DNA of 63,016 nucleotides, counting the filler, from Reticulomyxa filosa (taxonomy: Eukaryota; Protista; Foraminifera): NCBI GenBank assembly GCA_000512085.1. It is 18 parts of 18 records of this genome, joined end to end, with 100 filler letters (N's around TTAATTAATTAA, not from the genome) between each part and the next. Parts side by side here need not be neighbours in the genome. Positions count along the whole stretch, not along the records: positions 10,824 to 14,679 come from ASPP01004520.1; positions 14,780 to 16,043 come from ASPP01035878.1; positions 16,144 to 24,860 come from ASPP01005862.1; 15 more parts are not named here. The stretch is one strand, 5' to 3'. Positions within the stretch are counted from its first letter, which is position 1. Every line of letters starts with the position of its first letter. This document shows, piece by piece, positions 11,077-24,811 of the stretch. Below the pieces are notes generated by a model that did not search any database, was not told the origin of the DNA, and saw only the letters and a list, made by a program, of their open reading frames with translations. The position numbers were made by a program, and so were the translations under genes.

Positions 11077-13249
11077 ATAAAACCTTTTTCGGATACTCAT
11101 TTTTTATCCATCTTTTTTCATCAAGTCGGTTCGATTTTGTCTAATGCGTGACTTTATGTGTGTGTTCTTTTTCTTTTTTTCTTTTTTCTATCCCTCTCTC
11201 CTTTTCACTTTGCTTGGTCGCAAAACGATGCTTTGACTTTGACCAATTGCTCAAAGACAAAAAAAAAAAAAAAAAAAAAGCCCTTTCTTCCCGTCTCAAT
11301 GTTTTCATTGAGTAGATAGTTGATCATTGCAAACAATAACAACGTCTCCATCATCAAATGTTTTTTTAATCTTTGGGACAAAAAAAGGCTCATTTTTATT
11401 ATGGGAAAATAAGACTATGCGAACTCAATGAGGTGCAGTGCATTAAAAAAAAAAAAAACGTATACTATCGACTACAAAAAAAATCCCACTAAAATAATCC
11501 TTGAAACAGTTAACACTTTTTGCTGGTCGCCCTTTAAACACTGCCGCAAATTTCGAAAAGTGAAAGTAACGCTGATAATACAATTGTCTTGGAAAGTATG
11601 TCATTGAGAGGCTTAATATCCAAACACAACAATTTTTGTAAAATGATTTGGTGTCGTGCTTCTAATTTAATCGTATTCAGCATGTACATATCAACAAACT
11701 TGAATTATAAAGAAAAAAAAAATAAGATACTTTTTCTTTTTTTCTATATTTGTTATCTCGTGACTGGAATAACTTTTATATCTTATTTTGTAACTTCCTC
11801 ACTTTTCGACTAAAGAAAAACAAAAGATCTTTGCAAGTAATTGAAGAGTTGTGAGTAAAATTTTTTATGCTGACTAATGATTATTTAGAATATTTTATTT
11901 GATACTAAATGAAATTTAATATTTAACATTCGAACCCAATGATGAATAATTATTTAGACCTCTTCTTTTGGCTGTTTCAATCACAAAGCAAAAACGATAA
12001 ATAAACAATAAATAATAAAAACCTAAAATAACTTGAGTTTAACTTTCGTGATGAACTTAAGTCATTTTTTCAACTTTTTTGATTTTTCTCTTAGGTCACA
12101 AGATATAAAAAAAGCTTTTAACTTCTTTTTAAGATCAATGAAGAATTAATGAAACATTGAGGCGACATTATAAATCACAAGACAAGTTAGCTCCTTTATT
12201 TGGTTATTCTGGACAATCTATCAATCATTGTTACACTCGACTGGCTCTTTTGAAGAGCAAAAAGAAAAAATGATATGTAATGAACAGTAAAATGTTGTTT
12301 CTATTCGAAATTTATTTTGCATTTTTGTTTTTTATGTATTTATTGTGCTGATTCTTATTAATTTATGCTGAGTGTTAGTTTTAGTTATTTTAACTCAAGT
12401 TTTCCTTAGGAACATTAAATTAAACTTTGCCTTGCAAGAGTTACCAATTCATTATAATTCTTAAAGCAAATACAGATGAATGAAAAAAAAAAGAAATTTG
12501 CACTTCTTTATTTTATTCATTTTATCCTTAATGACGATTTTGAGTGGCGCAAGATTTTTATTTTCAATACTTTGTTTGATCCACTTGAGAATCTGTATGT
12601 TTTTTTTGAGTGGATCGATATTGTAATAATCGAAATGCTTTCTTTTGAATGGTATAAAAATACCAGATATATTTGGAATTGTCAGTTGTTTTTGCACACC
12701 TCCTGATAATGTTACCCCGTAAATACGTGAGAATGGAAATTTTCATCACTAAATGTTATCTCTTTTTGTTTTACCAACAAGAATATAATATTTGTTAATA
12801 TTATCAAGTAATGTAGCTTCTGGTCCAAAAGATTTTGACATTCAAGTTATTCATCATTATCATAAAAACTTTTGAAAGATCAACAAAATAAAGCAAATAA
12901 ATATACAGAAGAAATTCGTTATTGTCTCAATTTATATGTGTTATTTGACATATTTACTGTTGTATCAATCAGAAACAAGTCATTCATATTGGCTTGAAAT
13001 TTTTTTTTTATTGAAGTTCTTTTTCACTCTGATTTTGGTTAAAATTTTAAGAAACTCCAATTTTTGGAGTGAATATAACATAATTTTAGCGCAAAAATAA
13101 AACAATTTAGAATTAATCATAAAATTAAAACAATTAGCATTTGATCTTTTCTGCACTTCATTGACACTTTTTTCCCGTATATTGAAGCAAAAATAAATAA
13201 AACTTACAACAATGAAAAAAATTTTCAACTATCAAATTTTTGGAGAAAA

Positions 13250-13830
13250 AATGTTTTTTGTATCATTTTTTCTTTCTAAGACGATTAAATGATTTTAAAA
13301 TAGATAATTGTATTTCCTTGCTATCAAAAAAGAAAAATGTGTTTTTTTAGAGTTGCGAATTCGCGAGGCTGTTAAAAGTGACAAAACTGAACTCGTAATT
13401 AAATTTAGAATTTTTTCTCTTTGATTTGTACAAGTGAGAAAACGTTGTTTAATTTTTGTGATAATTTTATCAAAATTGATATTTTTGCTAATACTGCTAA
13501 GTCAGTACATTTCTTTTTTTGTGAAAAAGAAAATCTGTTTGGAATAATTTTTCTGAAATGGTGTTAATCTTGACTCACACCACTTCTTCTTAATATTCCT
13601 AAAATGATTGTCAATACTAGAAGAAAATGTTTCTTTTTTGTATCATTTTTTTTTTGCCGTCTCGGTCAGTTAGATTGACCTAAATCAAAATACCTTAAAA
13701 CAAGATATTGTGTTGCTTATCAAATAAGAAAATAATGTGTTTTTTTATTTTTTTTAGAGCTGCGAATTTGCGAAGCAGTTAAATTAGATGAAATTAAAAC
13801 GAAAAAGCAATGTAATAATTGAAATTCTGT
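13250..13830. repeat. Diverged non-coding direct repeat, two copies
   Basis: tgctatcaaaaaagaaaaatgtg-Tn-agagttgcgaattcgcgaggctgttaaa (about 13319-13377) versus tgcttatcaaataagaaaataatgtg-Tn-agagctgcgaatttgcgaagcagttaaa (about 13714-13783); both are preceded by aaatgtt..ttgtatcatttttt. Confidence 0.6.
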
Positions 13831-15509
13831 TTTTCAACAATTGTTTACTTTTTATAAGATTGTAATAATTTATTGGATATTGGTGTTTATTTTTTTTCTC
13901 CAGCTCATGTCGAAAGAGATTATCAAACAAAATTTGTCTAAGAAAATTTTTAAGATAAAAATGTGAAATAAACAATGGACACACCTTGAAATAATCAGTT
14001 CGAACTTGACGTCTTGTTCCCAACGAAAATCAACAAATTACTTTTTTGCCAACATTGTATTATTTTGAGTAAAAAGTAAAACTTATGTCTGAAACTTTAG
14101 TATAACATTAACGCTTTGGAAGGATGAAAAAAATACACTCTTAGACAAGAAATAGCTTTTGTATCTTTATTATTACATCATTGTGTTACGGTGGTCCTTT
14201 GCAATTGATTTTATTACTAATTTTGTTATTTGCGAAAAAGCGACTTACGTTTTTGCACTTTTTTAACTTTTGTTGTAAACTTTCTCATTTGTCAAAGCTA
14301 AACACATTACTCAAACATTGATCTTCCACCAAAACTGACCTCAATATTATATACATCCATAGAAGAAAGAATTTACAGTTTTCTGGAATTTGAAATTGAT
14401 GAAACATTGAAGCAATTTAGAGCCTTCATGGATTGAGGTTAAGTTTTCTTTCTTTTCAGTTGATTAAATCATGCCAATGTCAAGATGTTTGTGTAAAATT
14501 AGGATGATAACAAGTACAATATTTTATTTCATGTTGAGGCAAATAGCCACGTAGAAAGTTTTTAATATTTTTTAAATACATATACAAAGACTTCCAATGA
14601 GCATGGACAAAGGATCTGGAGTAACTTTGTTACGAATAAGCAAGAATTTGCATTCTCGCTCGAACTTGACGTTAAGACCNNNNNNNNNNNNNNNNNNNNN
14701 NNNNNNNNNNNNNNNNNNNNNNNTTAATTAATTAANNNNNNNNNNNNNNNNNNNNNNNNNNNNNNNNNNNNNNNNNNNNTGAAATTATTCATAAATAAAT
14801 AAATTAGATACTCGATCATACACAATTTCATAATCAAAAATAAAGTGTACAATATTATCTTCTGTTCATCGATCAAAATTGATTGTCCACAATAATCAGT
14901 AAGTGGAATTACAAAAAATCGTCACAACAAGGAGGGTCAATTGTTACAACGAAGCTTCGTAATGTTAATGTACGTATTATTTTTTTATTAGATCATGTTT
15001 TTATGTTGTTTTTTTTTGTCGCTGTTTTGTGATCAAATAAAAAAAAGCTAAAAACTCATTTCAAAACATTTCGAGTCTAACACTTCAATACTTTGACTAT
15101 CCAAAAAAAAAAGTCATCAATGCTCCTTTTTTTTTTGGAATTATTACAAGTGGAAAAAATATTTGATACCGAAAACAAGGAAACAGATGAAAAATCTATG
15201 ATTGAATGAAATAAAAAAATAATTTGAACGCAAACTGCGGCAATGCTGACTCAATAGTGAAAACGCGTGATTACCGAAGACACAAATGTGCAAGACAACG
15301 AGTTTGAATTGAATCATCGGTTTACCACAATCAGCAAAGATCGAGAAAAGTTGAAATCAAAACGAGTTGTTGATGTGGGGACAGAATTATCGTGTTGAAA
15401 TAGTTGTAGAACGAACAGGTTTATTTTAATAATCATTTATAATTCATAATTTTGTTTTGTGTATTCAAATGACATAATAATAAAATATATATACATATAT
15501 GTATATGAA

Positions 15510-16043
15510 AGGAATCAATAGAAATGAAAGTATTGGATAAACCACTCGCTCAAGGCCATGATAGCAAAGGCAAGTTTTCTACGAGACATGTCTGGCGATG
15601 AAAGACATTGACAAAGTATCCATACAATTATCCGAACTGAGCTAATCGAATTGCGAAGTTGTGGTCGTCCACTACATGGAACCTTTGATGAAATTGAGGA
15701 AGGATCAACAAAGACTCTCGTGGAGTGGAACTAGACGAATGGGATGCCAATGTTATGATCGGGACATTCAAAGGACGTAAGTTCCAATAGAGGAGCATTT
15801 GTGCATTGATCTCAAGTAATCAGATACTACGATATTATTAGATTGGAAAATGGAAGTGATTGGAATATAGATATCAAAGAGTATGTCATCACGGAGTTTG
15901 CCAAAGACGCATGGGTCGGACTCGTGTTTGAATGACTTTTCGGCCAATGCCATGGCCATGGACCAGCACAGTCAAGAACGTTGTTGACTTTAGGACGCGT
16001 CCATATCGAGGATTTTTTCGCGCACGCCAAAGCATCTCATCGA
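15510..16043 (+). pseudogene. Decayed coding sequence, family not recognised
   Basis: Coding-like composition and protein-like stretches (DIIRLENGSDWNIDIKEYVITEFAKDAWVGLVFE) broken by stops and frameshifts. Confidence 0.3.
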
Positions 16044-16260
16044 NNNNNNNNNNNNNNNNNNNNNNNNNNNNNNNNNNNNNNNNNNNNTTAATTAATTAAN
16101 NNNNNNNNNNNNNNNNNNNNNNNNNNNNNNNNNNNNNNNNNNNAAAAAAAAAATAATCAAAATTTTTTTTTTAAAAAAAAATGTTTCAAAATTTTAGTTT
16201 AATGTGTTTTCAACACATTAAAACCAACTTTTTTTTTTTTTAAAAAAAAAAAAATTTAAA

Positions 16261-16837
16261 CTTTGTGTTGGTAGCATCAATAACTCTTCACACGCAAATT
16301 TAGCCAATTCATAATTGTGCTGTTTCAAATCAAAAGCATCAACTCTTTCCACGCGTACATGTCGTTGCAATACAAGGACAAGTATTCGTTCAGTTTGTGG
16401 ATGGCCGCCTTTTCATTGCGTTGAGAAATCAAAAGTGCGATTTTGCGCTTCAAGGCGCCCGTGTTGTTGTTGTCTTCTTTCAGTATCAGGTTATATATGT
16501 GCTCTGTTTTATTCCATTCCTCTTGCTTCTCCAATATCATCCCTCGAAGCAATTTTATTCGCTTACTGTCCTCGCCGAAACTTTGACTCAATTCATTCAG
16601 ACATTCCGTCGCCACTGATGTTTTGTGGCATTGCAGAGCACTTATCACCACTCTCTCCAATAGTCGCCATCTTTTGTTCGCTGGTACGTTCTTGCTGTCC
16701 AATAATATTTTACCGTAATGCGTCACCTCCTTTGGTTTATCCAAATTATTATCTTCTAAAAATTGCAAATATCGCCACGACTTTTTTGGATTTTTTTCGG
16801 CTTCTTTGCGAAGTTGCTCTAATTGCTCAGAAGACAT
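16261..16837 (-). CDS. EMC2: ER membrane protein complex subunit 2 (TPR), 3' truncated
   Basis: WRLLERVVISALQC...F GEDSKRIKLLRGMILE...ALKRKIA...LNEYL...AWKEL. After a 1-nt shift at about 16330 it continues LKQHNYELAKFACEELLML, matching EMC2/TTC35. Confidence 0.88.
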
Positions 16838-17641
16838 GCTCAGATTTTCAGATTGTGTTGCTTTTTTTTTTTTATAAAGAAAACACCCCCCAACAACACC
16901 CTAACGGAACTAACAGCAGTTTATCCAGTTTTTGAAAGAGTTTTTTAGTCTTTTAACACTGACTTTGTAACAATATTTTTTTTGGGGATGAACAATTGTA
17001 ATTATCATCAAGTTATAGCCACATCATCTGTGCGCAGGAAAAGTGTCCTCAAAGAGCTGACAAAAAAGAAATTGCAAATTAACGTCTCCAAAAAAGATAG
17101 TACATATTGCCACAGTCGCAAAAATGGAGTAGGATACACTGTTGGATGTAAGTAGCATAGAAGTTTTGTGTTACGTAGTATTAATAATTTTTAATATGCA
17201 GTACATAATTTGTAATTATTAGAATAAAGAGCATATAAGAAACGTATAAAGCAAGGATTAAACCGACCATTATAAAATAATAGATAAGAAACTTGCAAAA
17301 TATAATACTAATTTTTAAAAATATATACGAATATTATAGTTTTTATAGTAAAATTGTTTTTTGTTAATTTTTTTAAGAGCTGCTCAAACAAAACAAATAA
17401 AACTAACAGATTATTACTTAATTTATCTGGATTAAATCAAATTGAAAACACTTGTTGATTTAAAACAGAAATTAAACGAAAATAAAACAACATAACAAAT
17501 TTAGAAAAATTGAAAAAATTTATGAGAAAAAGATACATTTGTAAGTGCAATTATTTTCAACTTTTAAAAGTGGCCCAAATCAAAGTTTTTCCCGGACAGT
17601 TTTTAAAAAACTCAATTTCAATTTATAAGATCTTTGCACAA

Positions 17642-20621
17642 ATGTCGTTATTCAAAGCATATGTAAATGATGGACAGAAAATATATACGATACTGTTGTC
17701 GATGTTGACAATAGGACACCTGAAGCAACAAATTGTCCAAGTTACTCAGTTGACACACGAGGACGATGTGTTGACAGCGATCATTGATGAAAACGGTATC
17801 AACATTAAAAGTGATGAAGATTTGACTTATGCATTTAAAAAGAATCCTTTATCTCTCACTGCCCAATTTCGATCAAGTTTTTTAATTTTATTTTTATAAT
17901 ATGCAATATCTTTTTAAGTTAAAAGTAATTTTAATTTTGAATAGAAAATATCTCAAAAATGAATGAAATTGAAAAGCAAATATCGCCGTCATTGTGTAAA
18001 ATGAAATGTCCATTGGTATTGTTGACTGGAACGGCGAAACATGATATTAATTTATTACAATCTTTATTTCAATCAAAATTCGGGTATCAAGTATTCAGCA
18101 CTTACAATCCACAAACACCAAAGACTGAATTTCTCACTTTAAAAGAATTAAATAATTTTATTGTGGGGCTTCGTTTAAATTTTGCTGATGATGATGATAA
18201 TCCTATTTATGATGGATTAATCTTTGTGTGGTGTGGATATGATGACTTTGGAGCAAATGAAAATATATTAATCACAAGTGATAATAAAAGTAAAGATTTC
18301 AAAGAAATTCAAAATCATTTTATGACAAAAACAGACTATTTTATCGGAAAACCAAAAATTTTTATAAAAATAACATACAAAGCACAAGAAGAAACAAAGA
18401 TAATAGCCACTCAAAAGAAGATATGGTATAACCATGACACAGATGTTTTCACAATTTTTGCAAACACCTCAAAAAAATCAACAACTGAAGCTTCAGGAAG
18501 CTATTTCACTGAAATATTTTGCCAAGAGACTACAAACAATGTAGGTAAAAGCTTAGAATTTATTATCAAACAAGTGACCAAAATTGTGCTTGGTCAAGTA
18601 TTTGAAAGAGAAATTGGACAAATTATTTCAACTACATATTCCGATATTTATTTGCTCCCAAGGTTTTCAAAATCATGTATTCAACATAATGACGGTGATG
18701 ATACCAAATATGAACAAACAGCAATTAAGAATAAAGATATTCCAGAGACATTAGATTTTAAAAAACATTGGAATAGACAATGGAGGAGATCAAATGTAGA
18801 TGCTGCAAAAATAGTTGAAACAATGATTTGTGAAAAAGAACAAGGATTGGTTGTGGTTGCATTTGATAAATCAAAATGGAAAAAAGAAAATGATAATTTT
18901 TATTCAATAATTAATTTAATAAATGATAAACAAAATGATATTAAAAAATATAAAGACTATTGTTTATATATTATTAAAACGAAAACAACAATTGTTTTGG
19001 AAGAAATAGTTATTGATGGAAATGTTTATGTTGTTGATTGCAAACTTGAATGCAAAGGAATTGTACAAATTACAACACAATTATTTGTTACAAACAATGC
19101 TGTTATTCATCAGCAATTAAACAATCCATTTCTCCAATTCCATGGAATACCAAAATACATCATGATATTCCAATACAACTCCAAGCTTTTGAATGCAAGG
19201 AAGAAGAATGTACAAAAAGAGAATTGTTTACTAATTCGATCTCTCATATACAAAAATATTATCAGCTTTCGATTGATACTTTTGGATTGAATCACCCTTT
19301 TGTTGCAATTTCATACAACTTACTTGCGCTTACCCACGACAATAACAAACAACCTGACAAAGCAATTGAATACTTTGAAAAAGCATTAAAGATTACATTA
19401 GATATATTTGGAGTTAATTATAGTTTTGTTGCGCAATTATATGACAATTTAGGGAATACATACGAAAGAAAAGGACAATACGATACAGCAATTGAATGTC
19501 ACTCAAGATCATTACAAATTAGATTAGAAATTTTTGGAACCAGTCACGTCGAAGTTGCTTGGTCGTATATTAATTTAGGAAGTACTTATCAAAATAAAGT
19601 CGAATATGATAAGGCAATTGAATTTTATGAAAGAGCATTACAAATTAGATTAGAAATTTTGGAAATGGATCATGAAGATGTAATTGATTCATTTTGCAAA
19701 TTGGGATATTTGTATTATGTTAAATCACATTACGATAAAGCCATTGAATTCTATGAGAAGGCATTACAGAGTAGATTACAAGCTACTGATACCAATCCTT
19801 GTGATATTGCTGATTCATATTTTGATTTGGCATACACTTACCAATGTAAAGCGGATTATGATAAAGCAATTAAACTTTATGAAAAAGCATTAAAAATCAG
19901 GATAGATACTTTGGGGGCTAACCATGAAGATGTTTCTCATGTATACAATAATTTAGCAAATTCATATCAAAATAAGGATGAATATGACAAAGCAATAGAA
20001 TGTCATGAGAATGCATTAAAGATCAGATTGGAGATTTTTGGAGATAATAACGAAGACGTTGCTACTTCATATTTCAATTTGGCAAATGCTTATGAAGACA
20101 AGGGCGAGCATAACAAAGCAATTGAATGTAATGAAAAGGCATTAAATGTTCGATTAGCGATACTGGGAGATAATCATGTTGATGTTGCTTCATCTTATCA
20201 TAATTTAGGACTTTCCTATGAGAAGCTAGATAAATATGAAAAAGCTATTGATTTTTATGGCAAAGCTTTGAAAATAAGAATAACTCTCTTTGGAACCTAC
20301 AATGCCGAGGTCTCTAAATCATACATGTGTTTAGGCCTCGTGTACATATATAATGGACAGTATGATAGAGCAATTGAATGTCATGAAACTGCAGTGGAGA
20401 TAACGAAAAAAATATCCACTATTGTTGACTCCGTACTTGGAGCTTTATATGAACTTTTGGGATTGTCGCATGAAACTAAAGGAGAAATGAAACCAGCGTG
20501 TAAGTATTATGTACAAGCCTGGAAAGTATATAGTACAGTAGAGGGCGAATGGGATGAAAGAACAGTGAGAGCAAAACAAAAAATTGAAAGAAGTGTCGAC
20601 TCGGACGTTGACATGGATTGA
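17642..20621 (+). CDS. PB1-like - inactive caspase-fold (C14-like) - linker - kinesin-light-chain-type TPR array
   Basis: Exon 17642-17876, intron 17877-17944 (in frame with ORF 17959). Caspase-like strands YDGLIFVWCGY and GKPKIFIKITYK, plus GSYFTEIFCQ. A 1-nt frameshift at about 19118-19121 (TTAAACAA) leads into about ten 42-aa TPRs (e.g. VASSYHNLGLSYEKLDKYEKAIDFYGKALKIR). Confidence 0.8.
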
Positions 20622-20791
20622 TATTAAAGAGATGTTTAGATGTTGTGAAACTTCTGATGAATTTTTTTGAAAAGTGATTTTTTTTTTAATTAATTTTTGT
20701 GGGTTACACCAAAAGTAGATTTTATCTTAAAACAATTACGACAAAATAGTTACAAACTTTGTGTTCGTCCAAACATGGAGTCAGGTAGAAT

Positions 20792-22166
20792 TTAATACAC
20801 AAACAGTAGCTCAACAATGTAAACATACAGAAGATTCTCATTTATCCAACATTCACCATCTTTCGTTTCCATCCTTTTTTTTTTTAAAAAATAACAATTC
20901 TGGAAAAAAAATAAACACAAAATTGTATATATACATATATGTACAAATAAACCAGTGAGGCTCTGATAAGAATTCGAAGAGGAAGAAGCTGTAGTAGTGC
21001 TGTCGTCGATGGAATCGCCAGAAGTGGAAATGGTATGCGAGGCAAAGACAGCCAATTGATAGACTTCATAGCATAAGAGCACCAAAGCTATGACGGTGTC
21101 CAAATTCCACAAAAAGACTTTGGGCGAAGAAGAAGGAGAAGATTCAGAAGAAATAGAAGAAGAATGGGTAGCACGGGCATTCGGCTGCTGTTGTGAGTTA
21201 TCTTGAAGTATTTGATAGTAGGACCTGAAAGCGCGATACGTACCAAATGCTTGGAGCAACAAGATGGACAACACATAGACGCCGAGGATGGCAATGTAGT
21301 TTTGCGATTGACATTTGACAAGCATGTTCGTGGTGAAAAACAGAGGAAGGATCGTGAGGTATGCAAACATCAAACTACTTCGCATGAATTGCCACAGCAC
21401 GCGTTGAAAGCGCTTTGTGCAAGACTCTATTTCAAGGACTCGTTGTCGATGTGCCACTTTCTTATTTTTGTCTCCATTTTGTTCATCCGCACTACCAACA
21501 GCAAGTAGCACGATGGCAGTGTGATCCATATACATGCGGCCATTATTAATGGGTATACACATTCAATATAGTTATAATATCAACGCATATAAATACACAA
21601 ATAAAAATAAATAAATTATATATGTACATATGTATGTATGCTGTATACATGTACATATATGTACATATATAAGTGGCACCTGCCGAGAAGCTTCAATAAA
21701 GCAATGCACATGACGACCCAACATCGAAAAGTAGACTTTGGTAATGGACTCCATTCTACGAATGCCACCAAACGGCTCAATAAATAAAAGGCATTTTCCA
21801 GATCTGTAAATACATTATTAATCAACGATTTTGCACCGTTCCTTTTTTTATTTTTTATTTTTATGCAGTATGCGTATATGCATGCACAGCAGATATACGT
21901 ATGTATGTGTATACGTATATATGTATATATCCGGTAAGTAGAGGTACTGACTTGCATAGATATTGAAACCAATAAAACCTGTCGTCTTGTTTGTGAGAAA
22001 ACAACTGGTCCAGGTTGGTAACGCGTTTGAGCCTCCGACTCTTCAAACTTGTTATTTCCATTAGTCCACCCACCAACTCCTTCTGTCCAAAGTCAAGAAT
22101 GTCATAATCCTTTCTTGGATATTCCTTAACCAACAATCTTTGAGTTTCGATAGGTTCATTTAGCAT
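20792..22166 (-). CDS. Multi-exon putative membrane protein of unknown function; boundaries uncertain
   Basis: ORF segments 21861-22166, 21616-21972 and 20792-21562 are separated by (TA)-rich introns; there are several hydrophobic helices. Confidence 0.45.
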
Positions 22167-23053
22167 TTACTCGATCAAACTATCGCCTTCAACAAATGGA
22201 GGACTCGAAAAGAGAAAGAGGAAGAAAGAAGAAGACTCTATTTTGCAGTTCTGATGTTTTTTTTATAAATTACATTTCTCTCTCCTTTTTTACTTCGGCA
22301 AAGACTCCAACGGTAATGGAGTTAAACACTTTTGCAAATATGAATTCTATGCGGGTTTTCCTCCAAAATCTTTTTGTTTCAATTGTAGACATTGTTATAC
22401 AGTGGACATAGGATCCCTCTTCCATAGTTTTTCGTTCAAACATGACTCTATTCTCTCTTGGAATTTTCTTTCACGCCGTCTTGACGATGCTATCACCACT
22501 TTCTTTTTGTCCAAATACAAAAAACAGCACGCTACATGTGCATTTTCCATTCTTTTTTATATTCAATTATTATTCCTAAATTTTATTCTTCCAATTTTTT
22601 TGAAACGACAAAAAAACAAGAGTGGTCTGTGAATCAGCAAAATTTTAGAACAAATTAAATTATTCCATTTTTCGAACAAATATGAATTAAAACAACAGAA
22701 AAGTGTATGTTTGTGCAGCAAACATAAAACTGCCAAATGAAAACTTTCCTTTATATCTTTTATAGAGAGATCTTAAAAAAAGTGTTTTAATTGAATAAAG
22801 TACCTTTCAAAAAAAAAAATCAGGATAATAAAGTCTTACTTCAAAAAAGGAGAAGGTGATAATAACGACAAGATTACAAGCAACAAATGAAAAGTATATT
22901 TTGCGACTACGAAGATGACGGAAAAGGAATAATTTGATCCGGTGTAAAAAAAAAAAAAATTTCTGATTTTTTTTTAAAAAAAGAGGAAAGAGAGAGTGGA
23001 TTATGCAAGATGATATGATTGGACGAAATATTTGTATTGTTTATTTTCTTTAA

Positions 23054-23572
23054 TCACATGTTAAGGGGTGATTGGGATGGGGTTTGTTTGATTAAATGAC
23101 TCTGGCCATAATGTGCCTTATAAGGCCCATAAGGTTGTCTTGCTTCCATTTGTTTTCTGTGACGATAAGGATATATCACAGCGGAAACGCCAATGGCAAT
23201 TACTGCCGTTCCTTGGAAAAATATGCGGCCTTCCAAATATCTCATGGCTGTGTACGTGTAGCCGCGAGACAGTGCGTTTAGCCCTGCGACCAAACAATAC
23301 CCTACCATTGGAACGGCTGAGTATACAACACAATAAAACAAAAATTGCACATTGTTGTTTGTTGCTGGAAAGAGGGGTCATTGAACTTTTTTTTTTTTTT
23401 AAGTTGTACCCAAGTAAGGCAACGGGTTGTATTTGACTTTTTCGATGAACGCTTTTGTTGCACTGTGTTCATTGCGAATAGCTTCAAAGCGTCGGATTTC
23501 TTGCTCTTCAATTTTGTCCCAGTCGCGAAAGTTTAATTGGGTATTGTTGTCTGCCATTTTATCGTGTGCCAT
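23054..23572 (-). CDS. HIG1-domain (Rcf1/HIGD-like) mitochondrial membrane protein
   Basis: Intron 23409-23317 joins EKVKYNPLPYL to AVPMVGYCLVAGLNALSRG...MRYLEGRIFFQGTAVIAI, matching the HIG_1_N pattern (K-x-NP...GL...G...R-I-x-x-QG). Confidence 0.8.
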
Positions 23573-24157
23573 CACTTCAAAAAAAAAAAAATGTAGCGGC
23601 ACCCAGACTCTAAAAAATAAAAGTGAACTTTGGAAAGTATCAAATGAATCTGTTTTTAAATTTTTTCAGCGCTTCATTTGATTTTATGTTGCTTTGAAGA
23701 GAAACATGGCTTCTTGCTTATAATTTTATGTAGCGTCAAAGTGTTTGAAGAAGCTTGTGATTCACCAGACCATCATGTAACCGACAAATTGACAAAAATT
23801 TTTATTTTGATGAAAAACAATACAAAGAGCCAATTAAATAACATAGCCGAAACAAAACATACAGAGTTGTGTATGTTGAAAAGGTCCATTTTTTTGTTTT
23901 TTACGGTTTGAACCGAAGCGTTGGCGAAACCAAAATATATCTATAAAATAAAGATACAAAAAATACCGCAAAAAAAAAAAAAAAAAGAAGCAAACATTCT
24001 CTGTGAAATAACTAGTGATTGTTGGATTTTGTTGTTTGTTTTTTTTTTTTGTAACTTTGAACTTTAATATTTTTTTTTTTTTTGCGATTGAAACGTTTGT
24101 GAAGTTGGATTCAACCAATTTGAGAAGCAATAAAAAAAAAAGAAAAAGTGATTTGAA

Positions 24158-24404
24158 ATGTATGAAGAAGGGCAGTCGGATGTGGTCGACGGAGGTCCGA
24201 TATACAATCCATATGCAGATGACCAATTATTCGTTGAGATGCAAAGCAACCCTGCACAGAGACATGAGCCAGAAAAGAAAGAAGGAGAAGAGGAAGAAGA
24301 AAGTGTTGACAATGTGAATTATAATTATAATTATAACTATAACTATAACTATAATTACAATGACAATGGTGATATTGATATTGACCGCAATGGAAATGGA
24401 AATG

Positions 24405-24467
<63 letters not shown>

Positions 24468-24811
24468 TGATAATGATGATGAAAGGAGGAGAAAGAGAAT
24501 GACAAGAGAACAAGGACAACCGAGTGGCTCATCCAACGCGAACGGAACGCATTCGGCGCAGCGACGGAGGGACGATGTGGACCCGATGCACTTGCGTGAC
24601 CAGCTGCGTCCGCAAGGGGGCACGGAGTCGTCGGCGAAGATGAGCCATTTCGTCGGCAGTGACATCCCAGCCGCATATCAGCTCGACGGCTACTATGGCC
24701 ACGGCCATGGCTACTATCCGCCGACCGTCGTATACTCGCCACCGCTGGGACATTACAACCACTATTACGAATATCCCAAGGCCATTGCAAGTCACAACCG
24801 CCATTATTCTG
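24158..24811 (+). CDS. Low-complexity Asn/Tyr/His/Gly-rich protein fragment
   Basis: ORFs 24158-24502 and 24499-24912 join with a frameshift at the end of the (AAT)n tract (about 24463); the second half is GC-rich and coding-like. Confidence 0.45.
24316..24463. repeat. (AAYTAT)n hexamer and (AAT)n microsatellites
   Basis: aattataattataattataactat... followed by about 19-20 AAT units. Confidence 0.95.

Noticed and set aside
21600-21930. (TA)n/(TATG)n tracts here and at 32480-32550, 55765-55820 and 56420-56460
   Set aside because: Ordinary intronic microsatellites.
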